DNA from: Octopus vulgaris
Lineage: Eukaryota
Length of the DNA: 64,000 nt
NCBI GenBank assembly: GCA_951406725.2
Contig: OX597829.1
Coordinates: forward strand, 38,750,001-38,814,000
Direction: 5' to 3'
This document shows positions 1-11,141 of this stretch, one piece after another. The notes under the pieces were generated by a model, which ran no database searches, was not told the DNA's origin, and worked only from the letters and a program-made list of their open reading frames with translations. The position numbers were made by a program, and so were the translations under genes. The first letter of the stretch is position 1. Each line of letters starts with the position of its first letter.

Positions 1-58
1 ACGAGAAACTCAGAGTAACAGATTTTGTTGAATTTTCTGCTGCTTAAAATAAAGTATA
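1..58 (+). mobile_element. Penelope-like LTR fragment, same family as the 7346-7535 element (truncated by window edge)
   Basis: GAAACTCAGAGTAACAGATTTTGTTGAATTTTCTGCTGCTTAAAATAAAG is nearly identical to the right arm at 7416-7465. Confidence 0.6.
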
Positions 59-169
59 TATGTATATATATATATGTATATATATATATGTGTGTATATA
101 TATGTGTGTATATATATGTGTGTATATATGTGTATATATATATATGTATGTATATATATGTATATATAT

Positions 170-815
170 AACTTAGAAAGGTTTTGGCCAGTATTGGCCC
201 AGGCCATGTCTAACTTAATAGCACCACCTGGCGAAGTCTTTCAATTCAGGATTTGGGCACCAAGGCCCATTCGAGCAGAGAGTTATTGTTTGCGGAGACA
301 TATCCGGGTGTGGGTGGTTTGTCTGGGACTGTTTGAAGGAATTTGTCCAAAGACTTCTTGAATTTTGTGTGGTCAGTTTCTGTTTTGACGTGTCCTGGTG
401 TAATGTTGAAGAGAGCGGGTCCAATAGAGGTGAAATAATTGTGCCGTATTGTCGTTATGTGATGCGATTTAGATTTTTGTTGTGGACGGATGGCACGTAG
501 TCCAAGCCTTGGATGTATTTTGAAGGTGATGCCAACATCATTCGGACAGTGCTGATGGAATATTTTCCACTTCATACAGATAATGTAGCATTCACGGCGT
601 CGTTGGAGTGAATACAGTTTCAGCTTCTCTAGTCTACCCCAGTAGTCAAGGTCTGACATGCCATCTATCTTTTTTGTGATTGACCTTTGGGGAGCTTCAA
701 TTCTCATAATATTTTGTTTTGTGTAGGGAGACCACAGTGGACAGCAGTATTCAAGGTGGGGTCGGGCAAAAGTGGAGAAGAGAAGGATAATAGTGTGGGA
801 ATCTCTCGACTGGAA
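170..815 (-). mobile_element. 5'-truncated CR1-like LINE, 3' end of ORF2 (post-RT region)
   Basis: Minus frame reads [14 protein letters not shown]...[38 protein letters not shown]...GPALFN...FKKSLDKFL (ORF 246-707), a typical CR1/L2-group ORF2 C-terminus. Confidence 0.85.
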
Positions 816-821
816 GGTTCT

Positions 822-1648
822 TATGTATATGTATTTATATGTATGTGTATTTATATGTATGTGTATATATATGTATATATATATATATATGTATATATAT
901 GTATGTGTATATATATATGTATATATATATATGTATGTGTATATATGTATGTGTATATATATGTGTATATATATATGTATATATATATATGTATGTGTAT
1001 ATATGTATGTGTATATATATATGTATATATATGTATGTGTATATATATGTATGTGTATATATATGTATGTGTATATATATGTATGTGTATATATATATAT
1101 ATATATGTATGTGTATATATATATATATATATATGTATGTGTATATATATATATATATGTATGTGTATATGTATATATATATATGTATGTGTATATATAT
1201 ATATATATATATGTATGTGTATATATATATATATATATGTATGTGTATATGTATATATATATGTATGTGTATATGTATATATATATATGTATGTGTATAT
1301 ATATATATATGTATATATATGTATATATATATATGTATGTGTATATGTATGTGTATATGTATATATATATATGTATGTGTATATGTATATATATATGTAT
1401 ATGTGTATATGTATATGTGTATATATATATATGTATGTGTATATATATATATATATGTATGTGTATATGTATATATATATGTATGTGTATATGTATATGT
1501 ATATGTGTATATGTATATGTATATGTGTATATGTATATGTGTATATGTATATGTGTATATGTATATATATGTATGTATATGTATATGTATGTATATGTAT
1601 ATATGTATGTATATATATGTATATATATATATGTATATATATATGTAT
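822..1648. repeat. Compound (TA)n/(TATG)n microsatellite, ~830 bp
   Basis: Directly visible; source of the YI/VC-repeat ORFs at 687-1679. Confidence 0.97.
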
Positions 1649-1780
1649 AGATTCAACAACAATTGAGGAATGTCCTTAATAGGCCATTTGACCCACTAGA
1701 AAGAGCAGCCAGGACTCAAACCGCCAAGTAGTAGTAATTCAGAAATTAAAGGAAAATTTAAAAACATTTACCCTAAATCA

Positions 1781-1879
1781 TCTTTAGACAATGCATTGTT
1801 TCGGTGTTTTTAATGGCAAACCAGCTTAATTAAATTAAATTAAGTCAATCCACCAAAGGCTACACCTCGTCGGTAAAGA
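1781..1879 (-). ncRNA. Type I hammerhead ribozyme (U4C core variant, extended helix II) in a Penelope-like remnant
   Basis: Minus strand reads UCUUUA-CCGACGA-GGUGU-(54 nt hairpin insert)-ACACC-GAAAC-AAUGCAUU-GUC-UAAAGA. Helix I is UCUUUA/UAAAGA, helix II GGUGU/ACACC, helix III the palindrome ACAAUGCAUUGU, with a GUC cleavage triplet. Confidence 0.8.
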
Positions 1880-2112
1880 GGCCAGGAGAGACGGATATAC
1901 ACAAGGCATCTGTATCTATGCCCTATGGAATATCTGCCCTAAAATTTTCAAAACCATCGTACTCGCGCCAACTTATCAGCAGTAAATATAAACTGCTGAT
2001 TCAATTTCAGAATTAGTCAGAAAATCATCAATGGGTAGCAAAAAATTCAACATATATGTATATATATTCAATATATATGTATATAAATTCAATATATATG
2101 TATATATATATG

Positions 2113-2143
<31 letters not shown>

Positions 2144-2826
2144 ATATATATATGTACGTATGTATATATATGTACGTATGTATATATATGTATATATATG
2201 TATGTATGTATATATATGTTTATATATGTATGTATGTATATATATATGTTTATATATGTATGTATGTATATATATGTTCATATATGTATATATATGTATG
2301 TATATATATATATGTATATACATGCATACATATATCATCATCATCATCATCATTTTTTGCCTGCTTTTGCAGATTGGCATGGATTATATGGATCTATTCC
2401 AACACTACTTCTGATACAAATAACATCAGAAGGAACTACCAATCTTTATTCTTTTGCTAGTTTTCTAGTTTCATTCATTAGATGGTGACCATGCTGAAGC
2501 AGCACCTTCAAAGGCTTCATGTGTGTCATTGATCATAAGGATCTTGTACTTTGTATTACTGATCTCTTGTTCATCAAATTGTCAGGTTACCTTTTGATAT
2601 AAATTGCATGCAAACAGATGCAAGGTTTTTACGCTATGCACATAGACACCCGGATTTATATGATTAAGAAGCAAGCAACTTAACCACATGGCTTTACCAG
2701 TAGCTACATAAATCATTTTAATTTTTATTTATGGAACCTGGTACAACTTCCCAACTCTGGTCAATCCATCCAACCCATGCTAGCACAGAAAACGAGAGGA
2801 GGAGAATATCAGCTGCCACATGTACC

Positions 2827-3018
2827 TATTTCTTTACTTCCCACAAGGGGCTAAACACAGAGAGGACAAACAGATTAAGTCGATTACATCGACTCCAGTG
2901 TGTAACTGGTACTTAATTTATCAACCCTGAAAGAATGAAAGGCAAAGTGAACTCAGAACGTAGCGGCAGCCGAAATGCCACTAAGCATTTCGCCCGGCAT
3001 GGTAACGTTTCTGCCAGC
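2827..3018 (-). mobile_element. tRNA-derived SINE family A (Meta-SINE-like core), partial
   Basis: Matches the copies at 5500, 9161 and 26921 (CCCACAAGGGGCTAAACACAGAG...GGCAAAGT...GTTTCTGCCAGC). Confidence 0.85.
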
Positions 3019-3711
3019 ACAGAAAATGGACACTAAAGGAGGAGAATGATATCAGCTGCCACATGTACCACTGGTTGTTCATCCTGAACTTCACACAACC
3101 ACCATATGCTCCATCAGTGGTACATTTTCATAATTTGAGAAATATTCTATTCTGTATCTTTGACATGACTTCAAGTTTAATTATGAGATATTTTAAAAAT
3201 ACAAAAAAAGTATGTCGTGTGACTGCATGAAATATATGGCATTACTGGTGAGTTCCAGTAACAAGCCATGGTGGTTAACAGGCTGATTTTATTTGATACC
3301 TTTTATCGTTTTATTTGTATGGATTATTTGGCTGTGACCATGCTGGAGTACTGGCTTTAAGCATTTTTAGTTGAATGAATTGATCCCAGTACTTTTTTGT
3401 TTTGTTTTGTTTTTTGTTTTTTAAGCTTGGTACTTATTCTATTGGTCTCTTTTGCTGAACTGCTACGTTACAGGGATGTAAAGACACAAACACCAGTTGT
3501 CAAGCAGTGGTGGGAAATGAACACAGATACAAAGATATGCATATACACACACACACACTCACACACTCACTCACTCACTCACTCACTCACTCACTCACTC
3601 ACTCACTCACTCACTAATCCACACTGTCTTTTACTCTGTATTCTTTATTTTTCTCCTACAACACATTAACACCCCCCCCCCTACAACATACTAACTCCAA
3701 TACAGCATACA

Positions 3712-4131
3712 CTTTCTCTTTTTTCTCTCTTTTACTTGTTTCAGTCATTTGACTGCAGCTATGCTGGGGCACCGCCTTTAGTCAAGCAAATCGACCCAGG
3801 ACTTATTCTTTGTAAGCCTAGTACTAATTCTATCGGTCTCTTTTGCCGAACCGCTAAGTTACAGGGTCATAAACACACCATCATCGGTTGTCAAGCGATG
3901 TTGGGGGAGGACAAACACAGACACACAAACATATACACACACACATACATATATGTATACATATATATGACGGGCTTCTTTCAGTTTCCGTCTACCAAAT
4001 CCACTCACAAGGCTTTGGTCGGCCCGAGGCTATAGTAGAAGATACTTGCCCTAGGTGCCACGCAGTGGGACTGAACCCAGAACCATGTGGTTGGTAAGCA
4101 ATCTATTTACCACACAGCCACTCCTGCACCT
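3712..4131 (-). mobile_element. tRNA-derived SINE family B, full length
   Basis: On the minus strand: A-box-like GTGGCTGTGTGGTAA, B-box-like GGTTCAGTCCC, CORE-like CCTAGGGCAAGT, internal microsatellite, tail CAAGTAAAAGAG. Multiple copies occur in the window. Confidence 0.88.
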
Positions 4132-4304
4132 AAATTCACTGAATATAGAAAACAAAATACAGAATAAAATGGTACAGATTTATTTATTCTTTCATAAATA
4201 CAGAATGGGAATATTCAGTCTTTACTTGCATTAGTAAGTTAGTTTGATTGGCAATCCAGGTAGTATTATTGATACAAAAGGGTTTAAATGTTGGTATCGA
4301 AACT

Positions 4305-4995
4305 GTTAACTAAAATATTCTGAACACAGGTGAATACCACATTCAGTAATGAGTGTTGATGCACTACATATACATTTGTGCTTACATGCAACTAATCCTA
4401 TATGTGTACTTGCAAGTGTATACAATCGTGTGTGTATAATGAATGTGGGTATCTGCAAGTGAGTCTGCATAGAATGTTTGTGTGAATAAGGACATTTCAT
4501 CTCTGTTATAGTTTAATTCCCAGTGTTTGTTGATTTATATATGATGTATCAATCTTGATTAATACATGTTTCAATTAAAAACAAACAGGAAAATGATAAA
4601 TTACAGTTTTTCTGATTACAATATAGTATATTCAGTTGATATCATATGTAAAGTGCATGATATCACTGTATATAAAATTCATACATGAATTAACCTGAAC
4701 TAGTATTCAAACTATAATAGGTGAAGCGACCCTATTCACACAAACATCCCATGCAGACTCACTTGCATATACCCACATTCGTTATATACACACTATCATA
4801 TGCAGACTCACTTGCATATACACACTATCATACGCAGACTCATTTGCATATACCCACATTCATTATATACACACTATCATGCGCAGACTCAAGAACACAT
4901 GCAATCTCGCTTGCTTATACAGACAAATGCATATGTAATTCATCAGTACTTCTTATAGAATGCAGTGTTCAATTCTGTATCAGAACATTCAGTAG
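4305..4995. repeat. Diverged ~700-bp foldback (inverted repeat), MITE-like
   Basis: Arm 4305-4550 is the reverse complement of 4675-4995. The ORFs 4306-4500(-) and 4721-5053(+) translate to near-identical peptides (MKxPYSHKHxMQTHLxIPTF). The right arm carries 3 tandem CAGACTCAxTTGCATATA units. Confidence 0.75.
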
Positions 4996-5499
4996 AATAC
5001 TTTCATACAAATATTTATACAATGATCTGTACTTCAAGAAGCATCATTTGTAAAATGAGCCTGTTTCTGTGGATGATAGTTTGCAATATAAGAGGCTTGT
5101 CAGCTGTGAAGGCTATCTGGCTGTGTCTCAGTGATAGCTGCTGGATATAAGGGCTATTATCTGTGAAAGCTGTAATAATTATTGTGTTATTGCTATTCAT
5201 AGTTAAACATGCCTCTTGAAACAGTTGCATACTGATTACTGAAGAGATTAAATTGATTTAATTCGAAAATGAATCTACTGTCAGAAGTTTGTAATGATGG
5301 CATGGTATAAATGATAGATCAATCTTTTTGGGAGAGATCACAGCAACACTTACATTCTCATACACTACACCAACACTACCATACAATACATACACACAAT
5401 GACCAAATTGTTTTATTCATTTTTTTCTTTTTTACTTTTTGCCTTCTGAAAGCTCACTCCTAATGACAAGGTGTGCAATCATCTTTGAATGTATAAGTA

Positions 5500-5730
5500 T
5501 ATTTCTTTACTGCCCACAAGGGGCTAAACGCAGAGGGGACAAACAAGGACAGACAAACGGATTAAGTCGATTATATCGACCCCAGTGCGTAACTGGTACT
5601 TATTTAATCGACCCTGAAAGGATGAAAGGCAAAGTCGACCTCAGCGGAATTTGAACTTGGAACGTACCAGCAGAGGAAACACGGCTACGCATTTCACCTG
5701 GCATGCTAACGTTTCTGCCAGCTCACTGCC
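5500..5730 (-). mobile_element. SINE family A, full length, 16-bp TSD
   Basis: TSD TTTGAATGTATAAGTA at 5484-5499 and 5731-5746; minus-strand core GTCGACTTTGCCTTTCATCCTTTCAGGGTCGATTAAATAAGTACCAG. Confidence 0.92.
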
Positions 5731-6179
5731 TTTGAATGTATAAGTAACCTAGATAAGTTTGCATCTCAAACAAATGACTCTAGGTTCGGTCCCACTGCAC
5801 AGCACTTTGTGTCTGTCTGTCTGTAACATCCCTACTCCCATCTACCAAATCCACTTACAAAGCCTTGCAAATGAATTTGGTAAATGAAAACTAAAATAAG
5901 CTTACCGTATGTATGTATGTGCTTCTCCCCTACCACCACTGTAACTTAGCAGTTCAGCAAAGCACCAACAGAATAAATACCAAGCTTTAAAAAATAAGTA
6001 ACAGGGCCAATTTGTTTGACTAAAATCCTTCATAGCAGTGCCCCAGCATGGCCACAGTCTAATGACTGAATCAAGTAAAAGATAAAAGATATACATCCTG
6101 CCTACTCTTTCTTTTGTTTGTATATCCAACCATGTGTGTGAGTATATATGTATGTGTGTGTATGTAAGATATATATATA

Positions 6180-6810
6180 TTGGTAAAAATGGTAAGATAA
6201 CAAAAGAAAGAGACCTCAATATTATGTAAATAGAGGAAATTTATCTGTAAAATAATATGTGACAATTATTCAATAGCCAAGATAAAACTCTGAGTTTCAG
6301 ATGCTGAGGTGGAAATCCACAATACCATCTCTTTGGTTATCTGGCCATCTGAAAAACGCTATGAAAAAAGGCCGTTATACAAAGGGAAATTACTGTGTTA
6401 TAATTCCGCTACTTATATAAAGCGCTAATCCAATGACCGCTAATTAAAATAAGGTTAAAAGTTCATAGTAAACACATAAGCATGCCTACTCATACGTTCA
6501 CATGTGCGCTCGCGCACCCACGTGCATACGTATACGTCACTATGGAAATGTACAGATCTTCACTCGCATTTTTCACCAAAAGTAAATGCTTATATATACA
6601 AACTCATACACACAAGCACGTACCGTAAAGGTTCATACATACGTCTATATACACACAAGCACAAGAAAAAAACATGGTTAAAGGTAACAATACAGAAAAA
6701 AGATAAGGAAGTATACAAAGCGTAAAACCACGTTCATATACGGACATGCCCTTATGCACGCGTGCACTCACATGCCCAATATATGTACATACCCACACAT
6801 GTTTATATAC
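6180..6810 (-). mobile_element. Penelope-like LTR remnant containing a degenerate hammerhead motif (6275-6346)
   Basis: Minus strand GGCCAGAUAA-CCAAAGA-GAUG...CAUC-U-GAAAC-UCAGA-GUU-UUAUCUUGGCU; element boundaries approximate. Confidence 0.55.
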
Positions 6811-6945
6811 GCATACACACACACACAGCTGTGTGGTAAGAAATTTGCTACCTAACCTCAAGGTTTCAGGTTCAGTCCCACTACATGTCACCTTGGGCAA
6901 GTGTCTTCTACTATACCCCCAGGCTGACCATATATATATATATAT

Positions 6946-7344
6946 ACTCTTTACTCTTTTTTTACTCTTTTATTTGTTTCAGTCATTTGACTGCGGCCAT
7001 GCTGGAGCACCGCCTTTAGTTGAGCAAATCGACCCCGGGACTTATTCTTTGTAAGCCCAGTACTTATTCTATCGGTCTCTTTTGCCGAACCGCTAAGTGA
7101 CGGGGACGTAAACACACCAGCATCGGTTGTCAAGCAATGCTAGGGGGACAAACACATACACACACATATATATATATACATATATACGACAGGCTTCTTT
7201 CAGTTTCCGTCTACCAAATCCACTCACAAGGCATTGGTCGGCCCGGGGCTATAGCAGAAGACACTTGCCCAAGGTGCCACGCAGTGGGACTGAACCCGGA
7301 ACCATGTGGCTGGTTAGCAAGCTACTTACCACACAGCCACTCCT
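6946..7344 (-). mobile_element. SINE family B, young full-length copy
   Basis: Highly similar to 3712-4131, with CpGs retained. Confidence 0.9.
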
Positions 7345-7345
7345 A

Positions 7346-7535
7346 CTTTATTTAAAGCAGCAGAAAATTCAACAAAACCTGTTACTCTGAGTTTCCCATT
7401 GCCGTTCATGAACGGGAAACTCAGAGTAACAGGTTTTGTTGAATTTTCTGCTGCTTTAAATAAAGCATATTACTCTACCACTGGTATTTGAGTACTCTTT
7501 TTCCACCTTGTTTCACATTTATGTGTTTACTCCGG
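7346..7535. mobile_element. Penelope-like element with perfect 52-bp inverted arms
   Basis: 7346-7397 is the exact reverse complement of 7414-7465. The centre contains the palindrome CCGTTCATGAACGG, and each arm carries the hammerhead 3' half GAAACTCAGAGTA. Confidence 0.7.
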
Positions 7536-7555
7536 TATATACACACACACACACA

Positions 7556-7950
7556 CAGCTGTGTGGTAAGAAGTTTGCTACCTAACCTCATGGTTTCAGG
7601 TTCAGTCCCACTACATGTCACCTTGGGCAAGTGTCTTCTACTCTACCCCCAGGCTGACCAAGCCTTGTGGGTGGATTTGGTAGATGGAAACTAAAAGAAA
7701 TCTGTCATGTATATGTATATATTTATGTATGATTGTGTTTGTCCCCCACCACCATTTGACAACTGGTGTTGGTTTGTTTACGTCCTCTTTTGGCAAAGAG
7801 CCTGATAAAATAAGTACCAGGCTTATAAAAAATAAAAAGTGGGAGGGGCAATTTGTTTGACTACACTCTTTAAGGTGGTGCCCCAGCATGACCGCAATTC
7901 AATGACTAAAACAAGTAAAAGATTATGATGACTGAAGCAAGTAAAAGATT
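7556..7950 (+). mobile_element. SINE family B, older copy (5' part duplicated at 6815-6930)
   Basis: CAGCTGTGTGGTAAGAAG...GGTTCAGTCCC...CCTTGGGCAAGTGTCTTC...ACAAGTAAAAG. Confidence 0.85.
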
Positions 7951-8264
7951 GTGTGTGTGTGTGTGTGTGTGTGTATCATGTGATTGACCAGGCTATTGGA
8001 TGTTGTTATACATCACTGGTCACAATGCCCTTTGTATCCTTTCAGCTATTTTTAAATGATGCCATTATGCTGGTTAGATGAGCAGACAAACATTCCCACT
8101 GATTGAAAGGCTAATCCATTACAGGGTTACCCATTTGCTGCTGAGTAGATTGAGTAGACCATGAAATTATGCATTTTACTCAAAAACACAGCATGTTTCT
8201 TGGTCTGAAAATTGACCCCATGATCTAGCAAACACTTCTTAAATTTTAATTTATTTTTGTATCA

Positions 8265-8570
8265 CCGGTGACACGTAAAAAGCACTGCCCGAACATGGCA
8301 GATGCCAGTGCTACCTGACTGGCATCCTTCTCAGTGACACATAAAAGCAGCAACCGATCCTGGTCGTTTGCCAGCCTGCTCTGACCCCTGTGCCGGTGGA
8401 AACTTAAAAACACCTACTACACTCACGGAGTGGTTGGCGTTAGGAAGGGCATCCAGCTGTAGAAACACTGCCAAATCAGACTAGAGCCTGGTGCAGCCTC
8501 CATGGCTTACCAGACCCCGGATGAACCATCCAACCCATGCTAGCATGGAAAATAGACGTTAAATGATGAT
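8265..8570 (+). mobile_element. RTE LINE 3' UTR fragment
   Basis: CTACACTCACGGAGTGGTTGGCGTTAGGAAGGGCATCCAGCTGTAGAAAC...CATGCTAGCATGGAA with a (GAT)n tail; same as the UTR downstream of the RTE ORF at 57249-57647. Confidence 0.85.
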
Positions 8571-9160
8571 CAGTTCTTCAGTGGTGAGGTAAACTACACT
8601 CTAACATGTTTGTTTGTTTTTTGGTTAATTTCAAGAATAATTAATAGTTTCAAATGTGAAGATAGTTAATTTCTCATGAAATGAACTATAATTTTAAAAT
8701 ATGTCCTCCTAATGGCATTATGAAAACACTGGAAAAGGCATTTTTTTTTTATTGGATAGAAGATAAAATCCAATATTACAAGAGAACTCTCTGTATATAT
8801 TTATATATGCACGCCAACACACACATGCATATATATACAATCATATCATCACCATTTCAATAAATAGTTATTTAAATCTCGTATGCGTTTTTTCTTTTAA
8901 TAATGGTTTCATATTTTGACATAATCCCTGCAAGTTCAGTTTTCATAAATGCCAGATGAGGACTGAGGCCGATGTAATTGACCAACACCTCCCTCTAATT
9001 TGCTAGCCTTCTCACTCTCAACCCCTGGTACAGTTTTGTCATCCACCTGTTTCAGCAATGCCTTCTGTCCCTTGATTTTCATGGTCTCAATTTACGCAGT
9101 GATTCATGAAACCAAGGACCAGCATTCTGTGTTCATATAAGTTTGAATGCATTTAATATA

Positions 9161-9389
9161 TTTCTTTACTACCCACAAGGGGCTAAACACAGAGGGGACA
9201 AACAAGGACAGACAAACGGATTAAGTCGATTACATCGACCCCAGTGCGTACCAGGTACTTAATTTATCGACCCCAAAAGGATGAAAGGCAAAGTCAACCT
9301 CAGCGGAATTTGAACTCGGAACGTAACGACATACGAAATATGGCTGCACATTTCTCCCAGCATGCTAACGTTTCTACCAGCTCGCCGCC
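9161..9389 (-). mobile_element. SINE family A, full length, 18-bp TSD
   Basis: TSD TTGAATGCATTTAATATA at 9143-9160 and 9390-9407. Confidence 0.92.
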
Positions 9390-9946
9390 TTGAATGCATT
9401 TAATATAATATTTGTATGTTTTAGACATAGCTAGCTAGATATTATACACACACACACAACATATATATATATAGATATTATACACATATAAACATATATG
9501 CACACATATATACATGAATGTATTCAATTGAATTTATCAACCAAAATGAATTTTTATGCTCTTTAAAAGTATTTCCCCGTTAAAAATTATCGGCCAATTA
9601 CCATATATGTCTGTTTCTTCAAAAATATTGTGTGTGCATTCTCATTCTATATTTCATTTTTCAATAACTATCTTGAAAAAAAAAAAACTCAACATAACTC
9701 CTGAAATTTCAGCTTCCAATAAAAACATATATACACACACACACATATATATTTACTATAATAAGGTAGTTAGAATGTTGGATGATTTATATATATATAT
9801 ATTTACATTTTTAGTACTTTCTTTCATTATCTGATAATGGAAGAAAGCGCTAAAAATGTAGATAAATAATATAAATATATAAAATCATCCATCATTCTGA
9901 CTGCCATATTATTCTAAATATACCCTATCTGTACATCACTTCAAAA

Positions 9947-10021
<75 letters not shown>

Positions 10022-10268
10022 GTCCGTGTGGAAAGAGATTACTCTTTCCTAAGGATATTTATCCAAGCGTACACCGGATTAGCTCTATATTAATTAGCAA
10101 TGCTGGATTTGACTATTATAATAAATATATTGATTGTTCTATGGATGCATTCTCCATTATCTTTGAATTGTTATATATATATATATATATATATGTGCCT
10201 ACACACACACACACTATAATATGATATAATGATATTTATTATTCTATTGGTTTTTCATTATTCTTCAG

Positions 10269-10368
10269 CCTATTGATTATGTTTCACCGGTTCCACTTCT
10301 AAACAAAGACAAAAACAAAACTGAAAACTTCCTGTTCAAAGAAGATGATCCGGCTAAACAAAATTCTG
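10269..10368 (+). CDS. ADCY9: Putative penultimate coding exon of the adenylate cyclase (C1b region)
   Basis: Pyrimidine-rich acceptor TTCTTCAG| and donor G|GTAAGT. The 100 nt are open in phase 0 (PIDYVSPVPLLNKDKNKTENFLFKEDDPAKQNS + G), and the leftover G joins AT at 19455 to give GAT in the frame of the terminal exon. The peptide itself was not recognised by homology. Confidence 0.72.
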
Positions 10369-10620
10369 GTAAGTAAAAATGGAAAAATCAAATATATTTC
10401 TAAGTATTGTTGAATTTTTGCTAGCATCAGAATTACCATTTATTAAATATTTACACTATTATTTTTGTCTGCATTTTTTGGGGTTTTTTTAAACCCTGTT
10501 ACACCATATTTCTGCAATAATGGGAATAGGTTAAACATCACCTCTGCCAGATTCCTGGTAAAGCAGTAATGAACAACACCGAAAAAGAAGCTGCAACCAA
10601 TTCCGTCCATTAGTTTGCCT

Positions 10621-10903
10621 AGTGGTTAGAGCAGTGGACTTACGGTCGAGGGATTGCGGGTTTGAATCTCAGACCGGGCGATGTGTCTGTTTATGAGCGA
10701 AACACCTAAGCTCCATGCGGCTCCGGCAGAAAGTAATGGTGAAACTTCTGCTGACTCTGTTGCCACAACTTTCTCTCACTCTTTCCTCCTGCATCTTGCA
10801 GCTCACCTGCAATGGACCAGCGTCCCATCCAGGTGGGGAACCTATATGCCAAGAAACCAGGGAAACCGGCCCTTATGAACCAGGCATAAAACAAAAAAAC
10901 AAA
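10621..10903 (+). mobile_element. tRNA-derived SINE family C (V-SINE-like domain), 12-bp TSD
   Basis: tRNA-like head AGTGGTTAGAGC...GGTTTGAATCTC; GCAATGGACCAGCGTCCCATCCAGG resembles the V domain; A-rich tail; TSD ATTAGTTTGCCT at 10609-10620 and 10904-10915. Confidence 0.8.
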
Positions 10904-11101
10904 ATTAGTTTGCCTGCAATCATTACTCTTGAACTGTAAAAGTAGCTATTTATTTTTTTTCCTCAAGAGCCCAGGTGGAAGGTAAAGTTAGACATAGAAG
11001 CTCGGGTCTCCAAGAGAATTAAGCTTATAGTATCAAAAAATTATCTTTGCACATTTGAAGTTGAGTCCCTACTGATTTGTTAAGTTGCTGTTTCCAAGTT
11101 G

Positions 11102-11141
<40 letters not shown>

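Noticed and set aside
687-1679. Long ORFs (275-330 aa) in several frames
   Set aside because: Translations of TA/TG microsatellite lacking stop codons; no protein-like content.
2373-2488. Possible exon after TTTTGCAG
   Set aside because: No convincing donor or cyclase similarity; the context resembles a decayed (CAT)n-tailed repeat end.
10045-10075. GGATA/TATCC hairpin followed by AAGCGTAC as a hammerhead
   Set aside because: Neither CUGANGA nor GAAA is present; too degenerate to support.
10621-10680. Possible tRNA gene (also 13432-13500 and ~59550-59620)
   Set aside because: No complete cloverleaf; these are heads of SINE-like elements with bodies and tails, and TSDs in the first two cases.
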